Origin: Escherichia coli
GTDB taxonomy: Bacteria > Pseudomonadota > Gammaproteobacteria > Enterobacterales > Enterobacteriaceae
Strand: one strand, 5' to 3'
Assembly: GCF_017348835.2 (NCBI RefSeq)
Contig: NZ_CP071375.1
Length of the DNA stretch: 64,000 nucleotides
Part shown: in pieces, positions 10,606-22,300 of the stretch
Position numbering within the stretch: position 1 is the stretch's first letter
Layout: each line of letters starts with the position of its first letter
Made by a program: the position numbers and the translations under genes
The notes under the pieces: generated by a model
What the model was told of the DNA's origin: nothing
Databases searched by the model: none
What the model saw: the letters and a program-made list of their open reading frames with translations, nothing else

Positions 10606-12417
10606 ATGGCAGTAAAAATTTCAGGTGTACTGAAAGACGGCACAGGAAAACCGGTACAGAACTGCACAATCCAGCTGAAAGCAAAACGTAACAGTACCAC
10701 GGTGGTGGTGAACACGCTGGCATCTGAAAATCCGGATGAAAAGGGGATAGTACAGCTCAGCAGTGCGACCAACAGCACTTCCGAGTCACTGGCGGCAACG
10801 CCAAAAGCCGTTAAGGCCGCGTATGACCTGGCTAACGGGAAATACACCGCACAGGATGCAACGACAGCACAGAAAGGGATAATCCAGCTAAGCAGCGCGA
10901 CCAACAGCACGTCTGAAACGCTGGCGGCAACGCCAAAGGCAGTAAAAGCAGCCAATGACAATGCTGAGAAACGTCTGCAGAAAGATCAGAACGGTGCGGA
11001 TATCCCTGGCAAAGACACCTTTACGAAAAATATTGGTGCCTGCCGTGCCTTCGGTGGGTCAGTAAGCACAACAACAGGAAACTGGACGACTGCACAGTTT
11101 ATCGAGTGGCTGGATTCTCAGGGAGCATTTAACCATCCATACTGGATGTGCAAGGGTTCCTGGTCTTATGGCAATAATAAAATCATTACTGATACTGGCT
11201 GCGGTAATATTCATCTCGCCGGAGCTGTCATTGAAGTAATGGGGATAAAGTCAGCGATGACGATCCGCATTACCACTCCGACCACATCCAGCGGTGGCGG
11301 AACAACCAACGCCCAGTTTACCTATATTAATCACGGAACAGATTATTCACCTGGCTGGCGAAGGGACTATAACTCCAGAAATAAGCCAACGGCATCAGAG
11401 ATCGGGGCGCTACCGTCAGGTGGAACAGCAGTATCATCAGTTAATCTGGCTTCAAAAGGTCGGGTAGCCGCGCTGACAGACAATACGCAGGGGGCAGCAG
11501 GTCTTGAGTTATACGAGGTGTATAACAACGGATATCCAACAGCGTATGGAAATATCATTCACCTGAAAGGGATGACAGCCGTTGGCGAAGGTGAGTTACT
11601 CATCGGCTGGAGTGGTACAAGTGGTGCTCATGCTCCGGCATTTATTCGTTCACGACGGGATACGACCGACGCAAACTGGTCGCCGTGGGCGCAGCTTTAC
11701 ACCTCGGCTCATCCTCCTGCAGAGTTTTATCCAGTCGGTGCACCAATCCCGTGGCCATCAGATACCGTTCCGTCTGGTTATGCCCTGATGCAGGGGCAGA
11801 CTTTTGACAAATCTGCTTACCCGAAACTTGCAGCCGCTTATCCGTCAGGCGTGATCCCTGATATGCGTGGCTGGACGATTAAGGGCAAGCCCGCCAGTGG
11901 TCGTGCCGTATTGTCTCAGGAACAGGATGGCATTAAATCGCATACCCACAGCGCCAGCGCATCCAGTACGGATTTGGGGACGAAAACCACATCGTCGTTT
12001 GATTACAGCACTAAATCCACGAATAACACTGGTGCGCATACCCATAGTTTAAGTGGCAGCACGAATGCAGCTGGTAATCACAGCCATAGAGATGGCCGTC
12101 GATTTAACCCCAGTGTTTTTAAAGATACTTATCAATATGGTTATACAAGCTCAGGTCAAAATACTTGGGGTGTACAAGGCTCAGTAGGTATGTCTACGGG
12201 GTGGTTAGCTAATACCAGTACAGATGGTAATCATAGCCACTCACTGTCCGGCACAGCAGCATCTGCAGGTGCACACGCGCATACTGTCGGTATTGGTGCT
12301 CATACGCACTCCGTTGCGATTGGTTCACATGGACACACCATCACCGTTAACGCTGCTGGTAACGCGGAAAACACCGTCAAAAACATCGCATTTAACTATA
12401 TTGTGAGGCTTGCATAA
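10606..12417 (+). CDS. stf: Side tail fiber protein (Stf-like)
   Basis: N-terminus [26 protein letters not shown] and His-rich C-terminus ([49 protein letters not shown]) as in lambda Stf; internal tandem KGI(V/I)[11 protein letters not shown] repeats. Confidence 0.85.
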   Translation: MAVKISGVLKDGTGKPVQNCTIQLKAKRNSTTVVVNTLASENPDEKGIVQLSSATNSTSESLAATPKAVKAAYDLANGKYTAQDATTAQKGIIQLSSATNSTSETLAATPKAVKAANDNAEKRLQKDQNGADIPGKDTFTKNIGACRAFGGSVSTTTGNWTTAQFIEWLDSQGAFNHPYWMCKGSWSYGNNKIITDTGCGNIHLAGAVIEVMGIKSAMTIRITTPTTSSGGGTTNAQFTYINHGTDYSPGWRRDYNSRNKPTASEIGALPSGGTAVSSVNLASKGRVAALTDNTQGAAGLELYEVYNNGYPTAYGNIIHLKGMTAVGEGELLIGWSGTSGAHAPAFIRSRRDTTDANWSPWAQLYTSAHPPAEFYPVGAPIPWPSDTVPSGYALMQGQTFDKSAYPKLAAAYPSGVIPDMRGWTIKGKPASGRAVLSQEQDGIKSHTHSASASSTDLGTKTTSSFDYSTKSTNNTGAHTHSLSGSTNAAGNHSHRDGRRFNPSVFKDTYQYGYTSSGQNTWGVQGSVGMSTGWLANTSTDGNHSHSLSGTAASAGAHAHTVGIGAHTHSVAIGSHGHTITVNAAGNAENTVKNIAFNYIVRLA

Positions 12418-13001
12418 TGGCATTCAGAATGAGTGAACAACCACGGACCATAAAAATTTATAATCTGCTGGCCGGAACTAATGAATTTATTGGTGAAGGT
12501 GACGCATATATTCCGCCTCATACAGGTCTGCCAGCAAACAGTACCGATATTGCACCGCCAGATATTCCGGCTGGCTTTGTGGCTGTTTTCAACAGTGATG
12601 AGGCATCGTGGCATCTCGTTGAAGATCATCGGGGAAAAACCGTCTATGACGTGGCTTCCGGCGACGCGTTATTTATTTCTGAACTTGGCTCGTTACCGGA
12701 AAATGTCACCTGGTTATCGCCGGAAGGGGAATATCAGAAGTGGAACGGCACAGCCTGGGTGAAGGATACGGAAGCAGAAAAACTGTTCCGGATCCGGGAG
12801 GCGGAAGAAACAAAAAACAACCTGATGCAGGTAGCCAGTGAGCATATTGCGCCACTTCAGGATGCTGCAGATCTGGAAATCGCAACGGAGGAAGAAAACT
12901 CGTTGCTGGAAGCCTGGAAAAAGTATCGGGTGTTGCTGAACCGTGTTAATACAACAACTGCACCTGATATTGAGTGGCCTACGAACCCTGTCAGGGAGTA
13001 A
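12417..13001 (+). CDS. tfa: Tail fiber assembly protein (Tfa)
   Basis: 194-aa ORF overlapping the stf stop; Tfa family sequence. Confidence 0.85.
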   Translation: MAFRMSEQPRTIKIYNLLAGTNEFIGEGDAYIPPHTGLPANSTDIAPPDIPAGFVAVFNSDEASWHLVEDHRGKTVYDVASGDALFISELGSLPENVTWLSPEGEYQKWNGTAWVKDTEAEKLFRIREAEETKNNLMQVASEHIAPLQDAADLEIATEEENSLLEAWKKYRVLLNRVNTTTAPDIEWPTNPVRE

Positions 13002-13016
13002 TCATTGGGATTATGC

Positions 13017-13111
13017 CGCAGAAACGTTGTATGCAATAACGTTTTGCGGTTGGCTGGTGAACTTCCGATAGTGCGGGTGTTGAATGATTTCCAGCTGCTA
13101 CCGATTTTACA
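13017..13111. repeat. ~95-bp sequence repeated (about 87-90% identity) at 19700..19794
   Basis: Direct comparison of the two stretches (shared core gcggttggctggtg...cgatagtg...ttgaatgatttccagc...taccgattttac). Confidence 0.6.
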
Positions 13112-13362
13112 TATTTTTGCCTGAGAGGATTTGAACCGCCTCCACAGACTCTACATCACAGATAACCACTGTCACGAGGACTGTTAGTGCTGTGAGTTCA
13201 ACGGGGCGATGTACGCTACCTTTAATCAAGAGGGAGAGGTACGTTGCTAAGATGAGTTTATATTCATCAACTAAGTGCAGATCAGCGAATAACTAAAACT
13301 TGGCTGTCTGAACCGCCCCGGAAATCCTGGAGACTAAACTCCCTGAGAAAGAGGTAAACAGG

Positions 13363-13689
13363 ATGACTAAAAATACTCGTTTTTCCCCCGAAGTCCGTCA
13401 GCGGGCGATTCGTATGGTTCTGGAAAGTCAGGATGAATATGACTCACAGTGGGCGGCAATTTGTTCCATTGCCCCAAAGATTGGCTGTACGCCGGAGACT
13501 CTGCGTGTCTGGGTTCGCCAGCATGAGCGGGATACCGGGAGTGGTGATGGTGGACTCACCACCGCTGAACGTCAGCGTCTGAAAGAGCTGGAACGTGAAA
13601 ATCGTGAACTGCGCCGCAGTAACGATATCCTTCGCCAGGCTTCCGCTTATTTTGCGAAGGCGGAGTTCGACCGCCTCTGGAAAAAATAA
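13363..13689 (+). CDS. IS629-like transposase OrfA (HTH)
   Basis: 108-aa [25 protein letters not shown]...; identical protein in second copy. Confidence 0.9.
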   Translation: MTKNTRFSPEVRQRAIRMVLESQDEYDSQWAAICSIAPKIGCTPETLRVWVRQHERDTGSGDGGLTTAERQRLKELERENRELRRSNDILRQASAYFAKAEFDRLWKK

Positions 13690-14576
13690 TGCCACTGCTG
13701 GATAAGCTGCGTGAGCAGTACGGGGTCGGACCGGTATGCAGCGAACTGCATATTGCCCCGTCAACGTATTACCATTGTCAGCAACAGCGACATCATCCGG
13801 ATAAACGCAGTGCCCGTGCGCAGCACGATGACTGGCTGAAGAAAGAGATACAGCGCGTATACGATGAAAATCACCAGGTATACGGTGTGCGTAAAGTCTG
13901 GCGTCAGTTGTTACGGGAAGGTATCAGAGTGGCCAGATGCACTGTGGCACGTCTCATGGCAGTTATGGGACTTGCCGGTGTTCTCCGGGGTAAAAAGGTC
14001 CGCACTACCGTCAGCCGGAAAGCCGTTGCCGCATGCGACCGCGTAAACCGTCAGTTCGTGGCAGAACGTCCAGACCAGTTGTGGGTGGCTGATTTTACCT
14101 GGGTAAGCACATGGCAGGGCTTCGTTTATGTGGCGTTCATCATTGATGTGTTCGCCGGATACATCGTGGGATGGCAGGTCTCATCATCCATGGAAACAAC
14201 ATTCGTGCTGGATGCACTGGAGCAGGCGTTGTGGGCCCGTCGGCCGTCCGGCACAATCCATCACAGTGATAAAGGTTCTCAGTATGTATCGCTGGCCTAC
14301 ACGCAGCGGCTTAAGGAAGCCGGATTACTGGCATCAACAGGGAGTACTGGCGACTCGTATGACAACGCGATGGCGGAGAGCATCAATGGTCTTTACAAAG
14401 CGGAGGTAATACACCGTAAGAGCTGGAAAAACCGGACAGAAGTGGAACTGGCCACACTAACGTGGGTGGACTGGTATAACAATCGACGATTGCTGGAAAG
14501 GCTGGGCCATATTCCTCCGGCAGAAGCAGAAAAAGCTTATTATGCTTCCATCGGAAATAATGATCTGGCAGCCTGA
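13689..14576 (+). CDS. IS629-like transposase OrfB (DDE integrase core)
   Basis: 295-aa ORF overlapping orfA stop (ATGA-type junction preceded by an A6 run). Confidence 0.9.
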   Translation: MPLLDKLREQYGVGPVCSELHIAPSTYYHCQQQRHHPDKRSARAQHDDWLKKEIQRVYDENHQVYGVRKVWRQLLREGIRVARCTVARLMAVMGLAGVLRGKKVRTTVSRKAVAACDRVNRQFVAERPDQLWVADFTWVSTWQGFVYVAFIIDVFAGYIVGWQVSSSMETTFVLDALEQALWARRPSGTIHHSDKGSQYVSLAYTQRLKEAGLLASTGSTGDSYDNAMAESINGLYKAEVIHRKSWKNRTEVELATLTWVDWYNNRRLLERLGHIPPAEAEKAYYASIGNNDLAA

Positions 14577-14618
14577 GTTCACAGATAAAACACTCTCCAG
14601 GAAACCCGGGGCGGTTCA

Positions 14619-16420
14619 TCTCCCGTCGCGCTATGCACGCCGACCTCCACAAAATGCCCGGCAAAGGTCGACTGCTGGTACTCCTTGCTCAGTGTTCCGA
14701 ATTCAATGCTCTCTTCCGCTGTCAGTCTGCCGCCTGCGGTGGCCTCATGTAGCGTGGCGCTTCGGGTACCGTTGGTAATCTTGCCGTCGGCAAACTGCGA
14801 CTGCTCAGGATCAAACCCGACTGCCGAGGCAATCATTTCGCGAAGCTTCACACAGGCGGCGTAAACGCCGGAGGTGGAGGTATTCGCGCCCCATTGTCCA
14901 CCAGAACCCGCAGAAACCGGGAAACTGGAATCGCCGAGGTGAACCGCAACCTGCTCCAGCGGTACGCCAAGCATTTCCGCTGCCGTCTGGGCCAGAATGG
15001 TGTAGCTGCCGGTGCCAATGTCGGTCATGTCCGTTTCCACGGTAACGGTGCCGTTTGGTTCGAGGTGAACCCGAGCCCCCGATTTTTCCAGCAGATTATT
15101 GCGAAAGCCCGCCGCGACGCCGTGGCCGACTAGCCACTCTCCGTCGCGTACCTGTCCAGGTGTGGCGTTGCGCTGCTTCCAGCCAAATTTATCCGCTCCG
15201 GCGCGCAAGCACTCGATAAGCTGACGGCGAGAGAAGCGGCGCGTCGGGTCGGCGGGGTCAACCTGAGTGTCATTCAGGATGCGAAACTCGACGGGATCGA
15301 TGCCCGCTTTTTCCGCCAGTTCGTCGATCGCGATTTCGAGCGCCATCAGACCGGGGGCTTCGCCGGGCGCACGCATGGCGTTCCCTTCCGGCAAATCAAG
15401 CGTGGCGAGCCGCAGGCCGGTATGACGGTTTGCCCCGGCGTAGAGTAATTCGCTTTGCTGTACCGCCGTTTCCGGCGTGCCGCCGGGCAGGTTTCCGGAC
15501 CAGCTTTCATGTGAGATAGCGGTGATTTTCCCGCTCTGGTCGGCACCGATACGCAAGTGCTGAAGGGTGGCGGGGCGGTGCGTGGTGTTATTGGGAATAG
15601 AGGGGCGGGGGAGCATCACTTTAACCGGACGTTTCACCGCTCGGGCGGCGAGGGCTGCCAGCAGCGCATCGCTTCTCAGGAAGAGCTTGCCGCCAAACCC
15701 TCCGCCGATATACGGGGAGATAATACGCACATTCTCCACGGGCACTTTCAGCGTTTTTGCCAGATCGGTGCGGCACCAGTCAATCATCTGATTTGAGGTC
15801 CAGAGAGTAAGCTTATTTCCATCCCAGACGGCCATCGAGGCATGCGGCTCCATCGCCATATGGCTCTGGTCCGGGGTCGTGTAGGTAGCATCAATCTTCA
15901 CCGCAGCGGAGGAGAAAGCCCCGTCAAAGTCACCGACGTTTTTGTCGGGCGTGCCTTCCGGCGGCTGATTGACGGCCTGTTTTTCGTCCGCCAGGGAGTA
16001 AGCTCCTTTATTACGGCGATAGTGCGCCTGCACCAGCGAGGCCGCCGCTCGCGCCTGTTCGAAGGTCTCGGCCACTACCAGCGCAATGGCCTGATGATAG
16101 TGCTCAATAGTGGGGCCGCCTAACAGCCTGGCGGTGTTTTTGTCGCCTTTGCCGAGTGCCCCGGCGTTACTGGCGGTAATGACAGCCAGTACGCCCGGCG
16201 CTTTTTGCGCGGCGTCCGTATCAAGGGCGGTGAGGCGTCCTTTGGCAATGGCGGAACCGACGATATAGCCATAGGCGGCGTTGGGGGATTCTTCATGCCA
16301 TTCGTAGGCGTAGCGTGCCGTGCCGGTAGTTTTCAGCGGTCCGTCGATGCGGTCATAGGGACGACCGACAACCTTCAGCTGATCGATCGGGTTTTCCCCT
16401 GCGGGTTTATCAAATTTCAT
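14619..16420 (-). pseudogene. paoC: paoC (periplasmic aldehyde oxidoreductase molybdopterin subunit), 3'-truncated by the IS element
   Basis: ORF 14579..16420 begins [21 protein letters not shown]; its last 13 codons are read from the IS terminal repeat, so roughly the C-terminal fifth of the protein is missing. Confidence 0.8.
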
Positions 16421-17373
16421 GCTTGTGCCCTCGCTTCAGCCAGTACGGAGGCAAGCGTTCGCTTCGCCAACAGGAGTTTAAAGGTGTTTTCAGCGGTGGG
16501 ATGGGCGCTGGCGAACAGCGCGTCATATACGGCCTGCGCCCCCTGGGATAGCTGAGCATCCGCAGCCTCAATGCGCCAGGGCTTATGTGCTACTCCGCCC
16601 AGCGCGACGCGCCCGCTGCCGTCAGGCTGAATAATCGCTGCGACCGATACCAGGGCAAAGGCGTAGGAGGCGCGATCGCGCACCTTACGGTAGATATGTT
16701 TTCCGCCGAGCGGCGGAGGTAACGTCACCGCAACGATAAGCTCACCGGGAAGCAGGGCGGTTTCAATGTGCGGCGTTTTCCCCGGTGGGTGATAAAAATC
16801 AGCCAGTGTGATACTGCGAGTCTTTCCCTCCGGCGTGATGGTTTCCACCACCGCATCCAGCAACCGCATTGCGACCGCCATATCGCTCGGATGGGTGGCA
16901 ATGCAGGCTTCGCTTACGCCTACCACCGCGTGCTGACGGCTAAAGCCTTCAAGCGCCGCGCAGCCGCTCCTGGGCAGGCGCTTATTGCAGGGCTGATTGG
17001 TGTCGTAAAAATAGGGGCAGCGCGTGCGCTGGAGCAGATTACCTGCGGTGGTTGCCTGATTGCGTAACTGACCAGACGCGCCAGCGAGCAGGGCGCGGGA
17101 GAGTACCGCGTAATCACGACGCACGCGCTCGTGAGCCGCCAGGTCGGTGTTCCGTACCAGTGCGCCGATGCGCAGCCCACCCGCGTCGGTCACTTCGATC
17201 TTATCGAGCCCGAGCCCGTTCACATCGATAAGGTGGGTGGGCGTTTCAATTTCCAGCTTCATCAGGTCCAGCAGATTGGTCCCGCCCGCGATAAATTTTG
17301 CGCCGGGTACGCGCTGAGCGCTAAGTGCCGCCTCGGCGGGGGTGTTCACTCGTTCATAGGTAAACGCCTTCAT
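16417..17373 (-). CDS. paoB: Aldehyde oxidoreductase FAD-binding subunit
   Basis: 318-aa ORF, CO-dehydrogenase flavoprotein family, overlaps paoC start. Confidence 0.85.
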   Translation of the reverse strand: MKAFTYERVNTPAEAALSAQRVPGAKFIAGGTNLLDLMKLEIETPTHLIDVNGLGLDKIEVTDAGGLRIGALVRNTDLAAHERVRRDYAVLSRALLAGASGQLRNQATTAGNLLQRTRCPYFYDTNQPCNKRLPRSGCAALEGFSRQHAVVGVSEACIATHPSDMAVAMRLLDAVVETITPEGKTRSITLADFYHPPGKTPHIETALLPGELIVAVTLPPPLGGKHIYRKVRDRASYAFALVSVAAIIQPDGSGRVALGGVAHKPWRIEAADAQLSQGAQAVYDALFASAHPTAENTFKLLLAKRTLASVLAEARAQA

Positions 17374-18059
17374 GATTTTATCTCCCCCGCAGCGTCTTCA
17401 ATGGCGGCAAGGATGTTAGCGTATGCACCACAGCGACAGATGTTGCCGCTCATACGTTCACGGATCTCATCGGCAGTTGTTTCTGGAGCGGAAACCAAAT
17501 CGACCGTGACGTGACTGGGAATGCCGTCCTGAATCTCTTTTAGCACCGCTACTGATGAGCAAATTTGCCCGGAGGTGCAGTAGCCGCACTGGAAGCCATC
17601 ATGCTTGATAAAGGCCGCCTGCATGGGGTGAAGATTATCTGGTGAACCCAGGCCTTCAATGGTGGTGATCTCGGCCCCCTGATGCATGACTGCAAGCGTC
17701 AGGCAGGCATTAAGCCTGCGACCATTGACCAGCACGGTACAGGCTCCGCACTGTCCGTGATCGCAACCTTTCTTGGTACCGATCAAATGCAGATTTTCAC
17801 GCAAAGCGTCCAGTAGCGTGGTTCGGGTATCCACTTCAAGCTGCTCGGTTTTGCCGTTCACCTTAAGTGTCAGGGGCATTATCTCAGGCGCGGGTGTAGC
17901 TGCCGGAACGCTTGCCGCAAGCGTAGAATGAGGATAAACCACGGCGGTCGCCGCCGTTGCGGCGCTCACTTTAATCAGATCGCGACGGGTCAAACTAAAA
18001 TCGTGCGGCTCGTGCTTCCCAACCCGATTATCTTCGGGGTATTCGCCTTGGTTGCTCAT
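17370..18059 (-). CDS. paoA: Aldehyde oxidoreductase 2Fe-2S subunit with Tat signal
   Basis: 229-aa ORF, twin-arginine motif TRRDLIK, two Cys clusters ([17 protein letters not shown]). Confidence 0.85.
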   Translation of the reverse strand: MSNQGEYPEDNRVGKHEPHDFSLTRRDLIKVSAATAATAVVYPHSTLAASVPAATPAPEIMPLTLKVNGKTEQLEVDTRTTLLDALRENLHLIGTKKGCDHGQCGACTVLVNGRRLNACLTLAVMHQGAEITTIEGLGSPDNLHPMQAAFIKHDGFQCGYCTSGQICSSVAVLKEIQDGIPSHVTVDLVSAPETTADEIRERMSGNICRCGAYANILAAIEDAAGEIKS

Positions 18060-18475
18060 ACCAGGCCTCCGGTATTCTAAAGGGGAAAATAAGAGTGCGT
18101 TGCGAGAGTGCTGATGCTTTTTTAAACGTTAAGCATAGTCGGCGACAGCAGGAGGATTATTCTTAAAACGCGAATGCAGCTATGAGCCCGGCTAATAAAT
18201 TCATGTTCGCCGGGATGTTGATGATGATGGGAGCTGGTTTATTGCTTTAGTTGTACGATGCAAAACCGATAAGGAAACCTGTGATTGTCAGCTCTGCATC
18301 ACCCTGCAAATCTATGTCACTTCTAATATAAAAATAGGGAGAAATGATGGTGCTTATATTCATTGGCGATTAGGCAACCATCATGTTATACAAAACAATA
18401 CAGTTCTTTACATTTGCCTTGTTTTATGAATACTCCTAAAGAGGTGTATAACATAATGGTACAAGCAGGGTAGAT

Positions 18476-19090
18476 ATGAATATATTTGAACAAACTCCAC
18501 CGAACCGCAGACGTTATGGTCTTGCTGCATTCATTGGGCTGATTGCTGGCGTTGTTTCCGCATTTGTGAAGTGGGGGGCTGAAGTTCCATTGCCGCCACG
18601 TAGCCCGGTGGATATGTTTAATGCAGCGTGTGGCCCGGAATCATTAATCAGGGCTGCTGGGCAAATTGATTGCTCGCGTAATTTTCTCAATCCTCCGTAT
18701 ATTTTTCTTCGAGACTGGCTGGGGCTGACAGATCCCAATGCGGCTGTTTATACCTTTGCCGGGCATGTCTTTAACTGGGTTGGTGTTACGCACATTATCT
18801 TTTCGATAGTGTTTGCTGTCGGTTATTGTGTGGTCGCTGAAGTATTTCCAAAAATTAAACTCTGGCAGGGCTTACTGGCAGGTGCTTTAGCCCAACTTTT
18901 TGTTCATATGATTTCATTCCCTCTCATGGGACTGACACCACCTCTGTTTGATCTCCCGTGGTATGAGAATGTTTCTGAAATTTTTGGACATTTAGTCTGG
19001 TTCTGGTCCATTGAAATTATTCGCAGAGATTTACGAAACAGAATTACTCATGAGCCAGACCCTGAGATCCCTTTAGGCTCAAATAGATAA
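18476..19090 (+). CDS. yagU: Inner membrane protein YagU (DUF1440)
   Basis: 204-aa ORF with multiple hydrophobic segments; conserved position next to paoA. Confidence 0.8.
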
Positions 19091-19106
19091 TGCATTGAAT
19101 GATAAA

Positions 19107-19131
19107 ATGGCGCAAATACAGCGCCATTTTT
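19107..19131 (+). terminator. Rho-independent terminator after yagU (stem atggcgc/gcgccat, loop aaataca, TTTTT)
   Basis: Hairpin plus T-run read directly. Confidence 0.6.
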
Positions 19132-19335
19132 ACAGGTTAAAAACATTGCTTTTTATATTCTGATTCAGATAGTCAGTGAGTATATAGTGCTACTTCAGGA
19201 TGATGTAGATCCGAAGAACACTACAGAAGAGAGGCATTGTTGCTGGCAAATACAAGAAGTTTCGGGTTTTGTTGTCCCTGAAAACGAAGCCCCGCTATTA
19301 TCGCTGGCGGGGCAGTGCAATTAATTATTGTATGT

Positions 19336-19665
19336 TTATAACGGTGTCAGCCCGTATTTAGCCCTTGCACGATTGCAAGCCTCATTGACGACTCCGTTCT
19401 CACCAGACATGGCGAATTCTCTGCATGTGGACGATCGATTTTTATATATCGTGCAGCAGGCATTTTTGCCCGGGGTTCCTGCAAGGGCAATACATCGGGG
19501 GTTTTTCTGATTAGTTCCGCTCATGCATCGGTGAAAAGGGGATATTTGTTCAGTGAGCCTGGCGGGAATGGTACCACCAGCATCGTCGGCTTCGGCCCAG
19601 TAAAAAGAGACGCGGAAAAATGCACAACAGGCACCACACGTCATGCATGGATTCAGATTGCTCAT
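19336..19665 (-). CDS. ykgJ: YkgJ-family Fe-S/zinc-chelating protein (CxxCxxCC motif)
   Basis: 109-aa [24 protein letters not shown]... Confidence 0.8.
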
Positions 19666-19699
19666 AATTCACCAGTACAGCTATAAATCGTAAAGAGAA

Positions 19700-19794
19700 C
19701 TGCGGTACGTCGTATGCAGGGACGTATCGCGGTTGGCTGGTGTACTTTCGATAGTGTGAGTATTGAATGATTTCCAGCCGTTACCGATTTTACG
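19700..19794. repeat. Second copy of the ~95-bp repeat seen at 13017..13111
   Basis: Direct sequence comparison. Confidence 0.6.
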
Positions 19795-19977
19795 TCCTAA
19801 TTAGTGAAGAAACCACTCGTTAGCAGGCCGCCTGGTACCTTTCCGTGTCTCCTGAACACTGTGGTGTGCATATGAGAAAGCCTATCGTTACAGGTGATAT
19901 TGACGATCGCTTCCACATCATTTAAACGATTTTTGAGTCTCTGAGGTGGAATTCTTCCCTCGACCGATGGATAAGTA

Positions 19978-20688
19978 TCAGTCCGCCGAAGGGGGCTTAG
20001 CCGGACAGGAATCGCTAATCTTAATGAATTTGTCGTTATAGACCAGATAGTGATTCCCCGGCTGACGTAACTCAGGCTGATGAACCACGTCTCCCGGACG
20101 TAGATACCAGGCATCGCCTTCCTCTTCGGTCGAATCACATCCTGGTTTAATCAGTAGCTTAAACCACGTGTTGCCGGTGTTACTTACCGTTCCTGTCACC
20201 TTGTCGAAGGACCATTTAAACTGAACCTGACGTGGTCGTACTACCAGAATGGTATCCATCACCACCACCGGCTCCGTGCTAACCTCACCGCCGGTAGGGC
20301 TGCGTTTTGTCAGGTTACGAGTGGGGACCTCGCGAAATGAGACCCGGTAGTAGCGCTCGCGGTTATCCTGTGGCCCATGATAGTAAAATTTAAAATACTC
20401 GCTCTCACCAGCCTGCAACGCCAGCTGGCGGGGGGCGAAAAGTAGTTCACCATCCACCGGTCGGGTGCGCAATTCACTGCTGCCCGGGCTATCAATAGCA
20501 CTGATGGCAATACGGTATATCCGTGCGCTTTTGTTGTTATTCACTACACGTTTGCTGACAAAGTCAGTCTCGGACGGCAGTGAAAAAGTCAGATTGCCGA
20601 CCGAAATCGCCTGTGTCAAAGGTGCCGCCAGCATACAGACCACTGTCAGCAGGGCCTTAGTTAATGTTACGCCACGTCGCCTGAACAT
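19978..20688 (-). CDS. ecpE: E. coli common pilus tip/chaperone-like protein EcpE
   Basis: Start set at internal Met [27 protein letters not shown] (signal peptide); last gene of ecp operon. Confidence 0.8.
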   Translation of the reverse strand: MFRRRGVTLTKALLTVVCMLAAPLTQAISVGNLTFSLPSETDFVSKRVVNNNKSARIYRIAISAIDSPGSSELRTRPVDGELLFAPRQLALQAGESEYFKFYYHGPQDNRERYYRVSFREVPTRNLTKRSPTGGEVSTEPVVVMDTILVVRPRQVQFKWSFDKVTGTVSNTGNTWFKLLIKPGCDSTEEEGDAWYLRPGDVVHQPELRQPGNHYLVYNDKFIKISDSCPAKPPSAD

Positions 20689-22300
20689 GAATCTCTCCTG
20701 AAGCGCTGACTTCGCCAAACCAGCCGTTATCATCTACCGTACGCAGAGAAATGGCGTTATCCATTGGAATCGAAAATTTGACTGTGGTCTTATCCATCTG
20801 CCCCACTTCGCCAGAGATATCAGTCCACGGTGTGGTCAACCACAGAGCATCGGTCATATCCCGCCAGCTATCATCGCACCCGGCATCGTAGGTTTTTGTA
20901 GCTCCGTTGCGGGTAATAAAGGAAAGTGTCGCCGGGAACGGTACTTTCGCCTTACCGTCATCGGAGCTGAAGACACAATAGGAGCGCCCGCCAATCACCT
21001 GCGCGGGTCCGGTCACCTTGATCAGCACTTCGTCGGCAGCTGTTTTACCGCTGGTGGTTACGATATAGCCGAAATCGAGTGCCGACTCGCCGCTGCCAAC
21101 ATATCCCTCCCGCGACGGTGTCTGAGTATATTCATCGGAGATAATACTGATGCTGAAATCACGGGGTTTGATAATCAGCGTGTTGGAGGTAGAAAATTCA
21201 TACCAGCCAGACTCCGGTGATGTGGTGTTCTGAAAGCGAAAGTTGAATAGATCTTTGGTGTTGATATCGCTGATCCCGAGGTTCACCATCTGCTTAAAGA
21301 AGTTGCTCGAGAAGAAAACATAGATCGAGTCTGCGCTCTTCATCTCGTTGAAGGTGTAGTAATAGGCAGTATTGCTCACCGGTTTCCATGAACTGCCATT
21401 CAGACTGAACTGCATATCGTACGCCCCGACGGACGAGGCTAACGACGAGTTGGCGATCGCCGGGAATATATGGATTGAGGTGTTGCTGAGTCCGTTTGTT
21501 TGCAGGGTATAGTTAACCATCTTACAACTTAATCCTGAACGGCTGCCGATGGTTTGCGTCCGGCAGTCGGCGTTCCCTTCGCCCAGAGTCGGTACTCCGT
21601 CGCTGTTGATAAATACTTCCGCCAGCGAGTGGGTATTTATCAACCGTAGATTTGCTGCTTTCGTATGGGTGACGTTGCGAACATACCAGTTGCCGGAGGC
21701 CTGATCCTTACAGCGTGCGCCGCTGCTGGCGTCATAGTTCACAGAGGTCTGGCAGGCATTGATGGTCATTGTAAAGCTGCTGCCGACGGGCATTTGTTGC
21801 AGATACTGGTAAAACGCGTCTGACAACATGCCGTGCATCCACTTCGCGCCGCCGCTGGTCACCGTCGCGCCATAAAATCCACTGGCGTCGGTGGTTTGCG
21901 GCAGGATAAGACTGGTGGTCATATTACACCCTGCGTACCAGTTGATGCAGCGTAAGCCAGTTAAAGGAGATGAAACCGGCGAATTTTCCAGCCACATATC
22001 AAACTTCCAGTTGGTATAGAGGCCGGTGTTGTAACCGTTATCAATGTAGCCGAGGCTTTGCTGATAGATGGTTCCTGAACCATTGTATTTTAAACCGGTC
22101 CAGCGGTTGGCACCGGTCAGGCGCGGATCCAGCGCCCCGCCAGGAGTGACGAAAAAGTTGTCGTCTGAGTTGTTTTCGACAAACACAAACTCGCGTGCCG
22201 GTGCATCCGCCCAGGTTGTTTTGCTCACTGCCGCTCTGAGCGCAGTTACTGGCCAGATTAGCGCAAAGATTATCATCGCTATCAGTAGGTTAACTCTCAT
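20657..22300 (-). CDS. ecpD: E. coli common pilus adhesin/tip subunit EcpD
   Basis: 547-aa ORF with signal peptide, operon position. Confidence 0.85.
   Translation of the reverse strand: MRVNLLIAMIIFALIWPVTALRAAVSKTTWADAPAREFVFVENNSDDNFFVTPGGALDPRLTGANRWTGLKYNGSGTIYQQSLGYIDNGYNTGLYTNWKFDMWLENSPVSSPLTGLRCINWYAGCNMTTSLILPQTTDASGFYGATVTSGGAKWMHGMLSDAFYQYLQQMPVGSSFTMTINACQTSVNYDASSGARCKDQASGNWYVRNVTHTKAANLRLINTHSLAEVFINSDGVPTLGEGNADCRTQTIGSRSGLSCKMVNYTLQTNGLSNTSIHIFPAIANSSLASSVGAYDMQFSLNGSSWKPVSNTAYYYTFNEMKSADSIYVFFSSNFFKQMVNLGISDINTKDLFNFRFQNTTSPESGWYEFSTSNTLIIKPRDFSISIISDEYTQTPSREGYVGSGESALDFGYIVTTSGKTAADEVLIKVTGPAQVIGGRSYCVFSSDDGKAKVPFPATLSFITRNGATKTYDAGCDDSWRDMTDALWLTTPWTDISGEVGQMDKTTVKFSIPMDNAISLRTVDDNGWFGEVSASGEIHVQATWRNIN

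Larger units (their letters stand above)
13309..14618 (+). mobile_element. IS3-family insertion sequence, IS629/IS1203-like, 1310 bp, copy 1
   Basis: Terminal inverted repeats TGAACCGCCCCGG.. at both ends, orfA+orfB pair; no target-site duplication (flanks gtc / tct). Confidence 0.9.

Noticed and set aside
13120..13300. tRNA-like motif (ggatttgaacc / GGTTCAAATCC on the opposite strand) downstream of tfa
   Set aside because: No complete cloverleaf could be built; acceptor and anticodon stems are missing. Probably chance similarity or a fragment of an attachment-site region.
19797..20138. 113-aa minus-strand ORF overlapping the 3' end of ecpE
   Set aside because: Overlaps the confidently assigned ecpE frame and extends into the repeat-containing intergenic region; no independent support.
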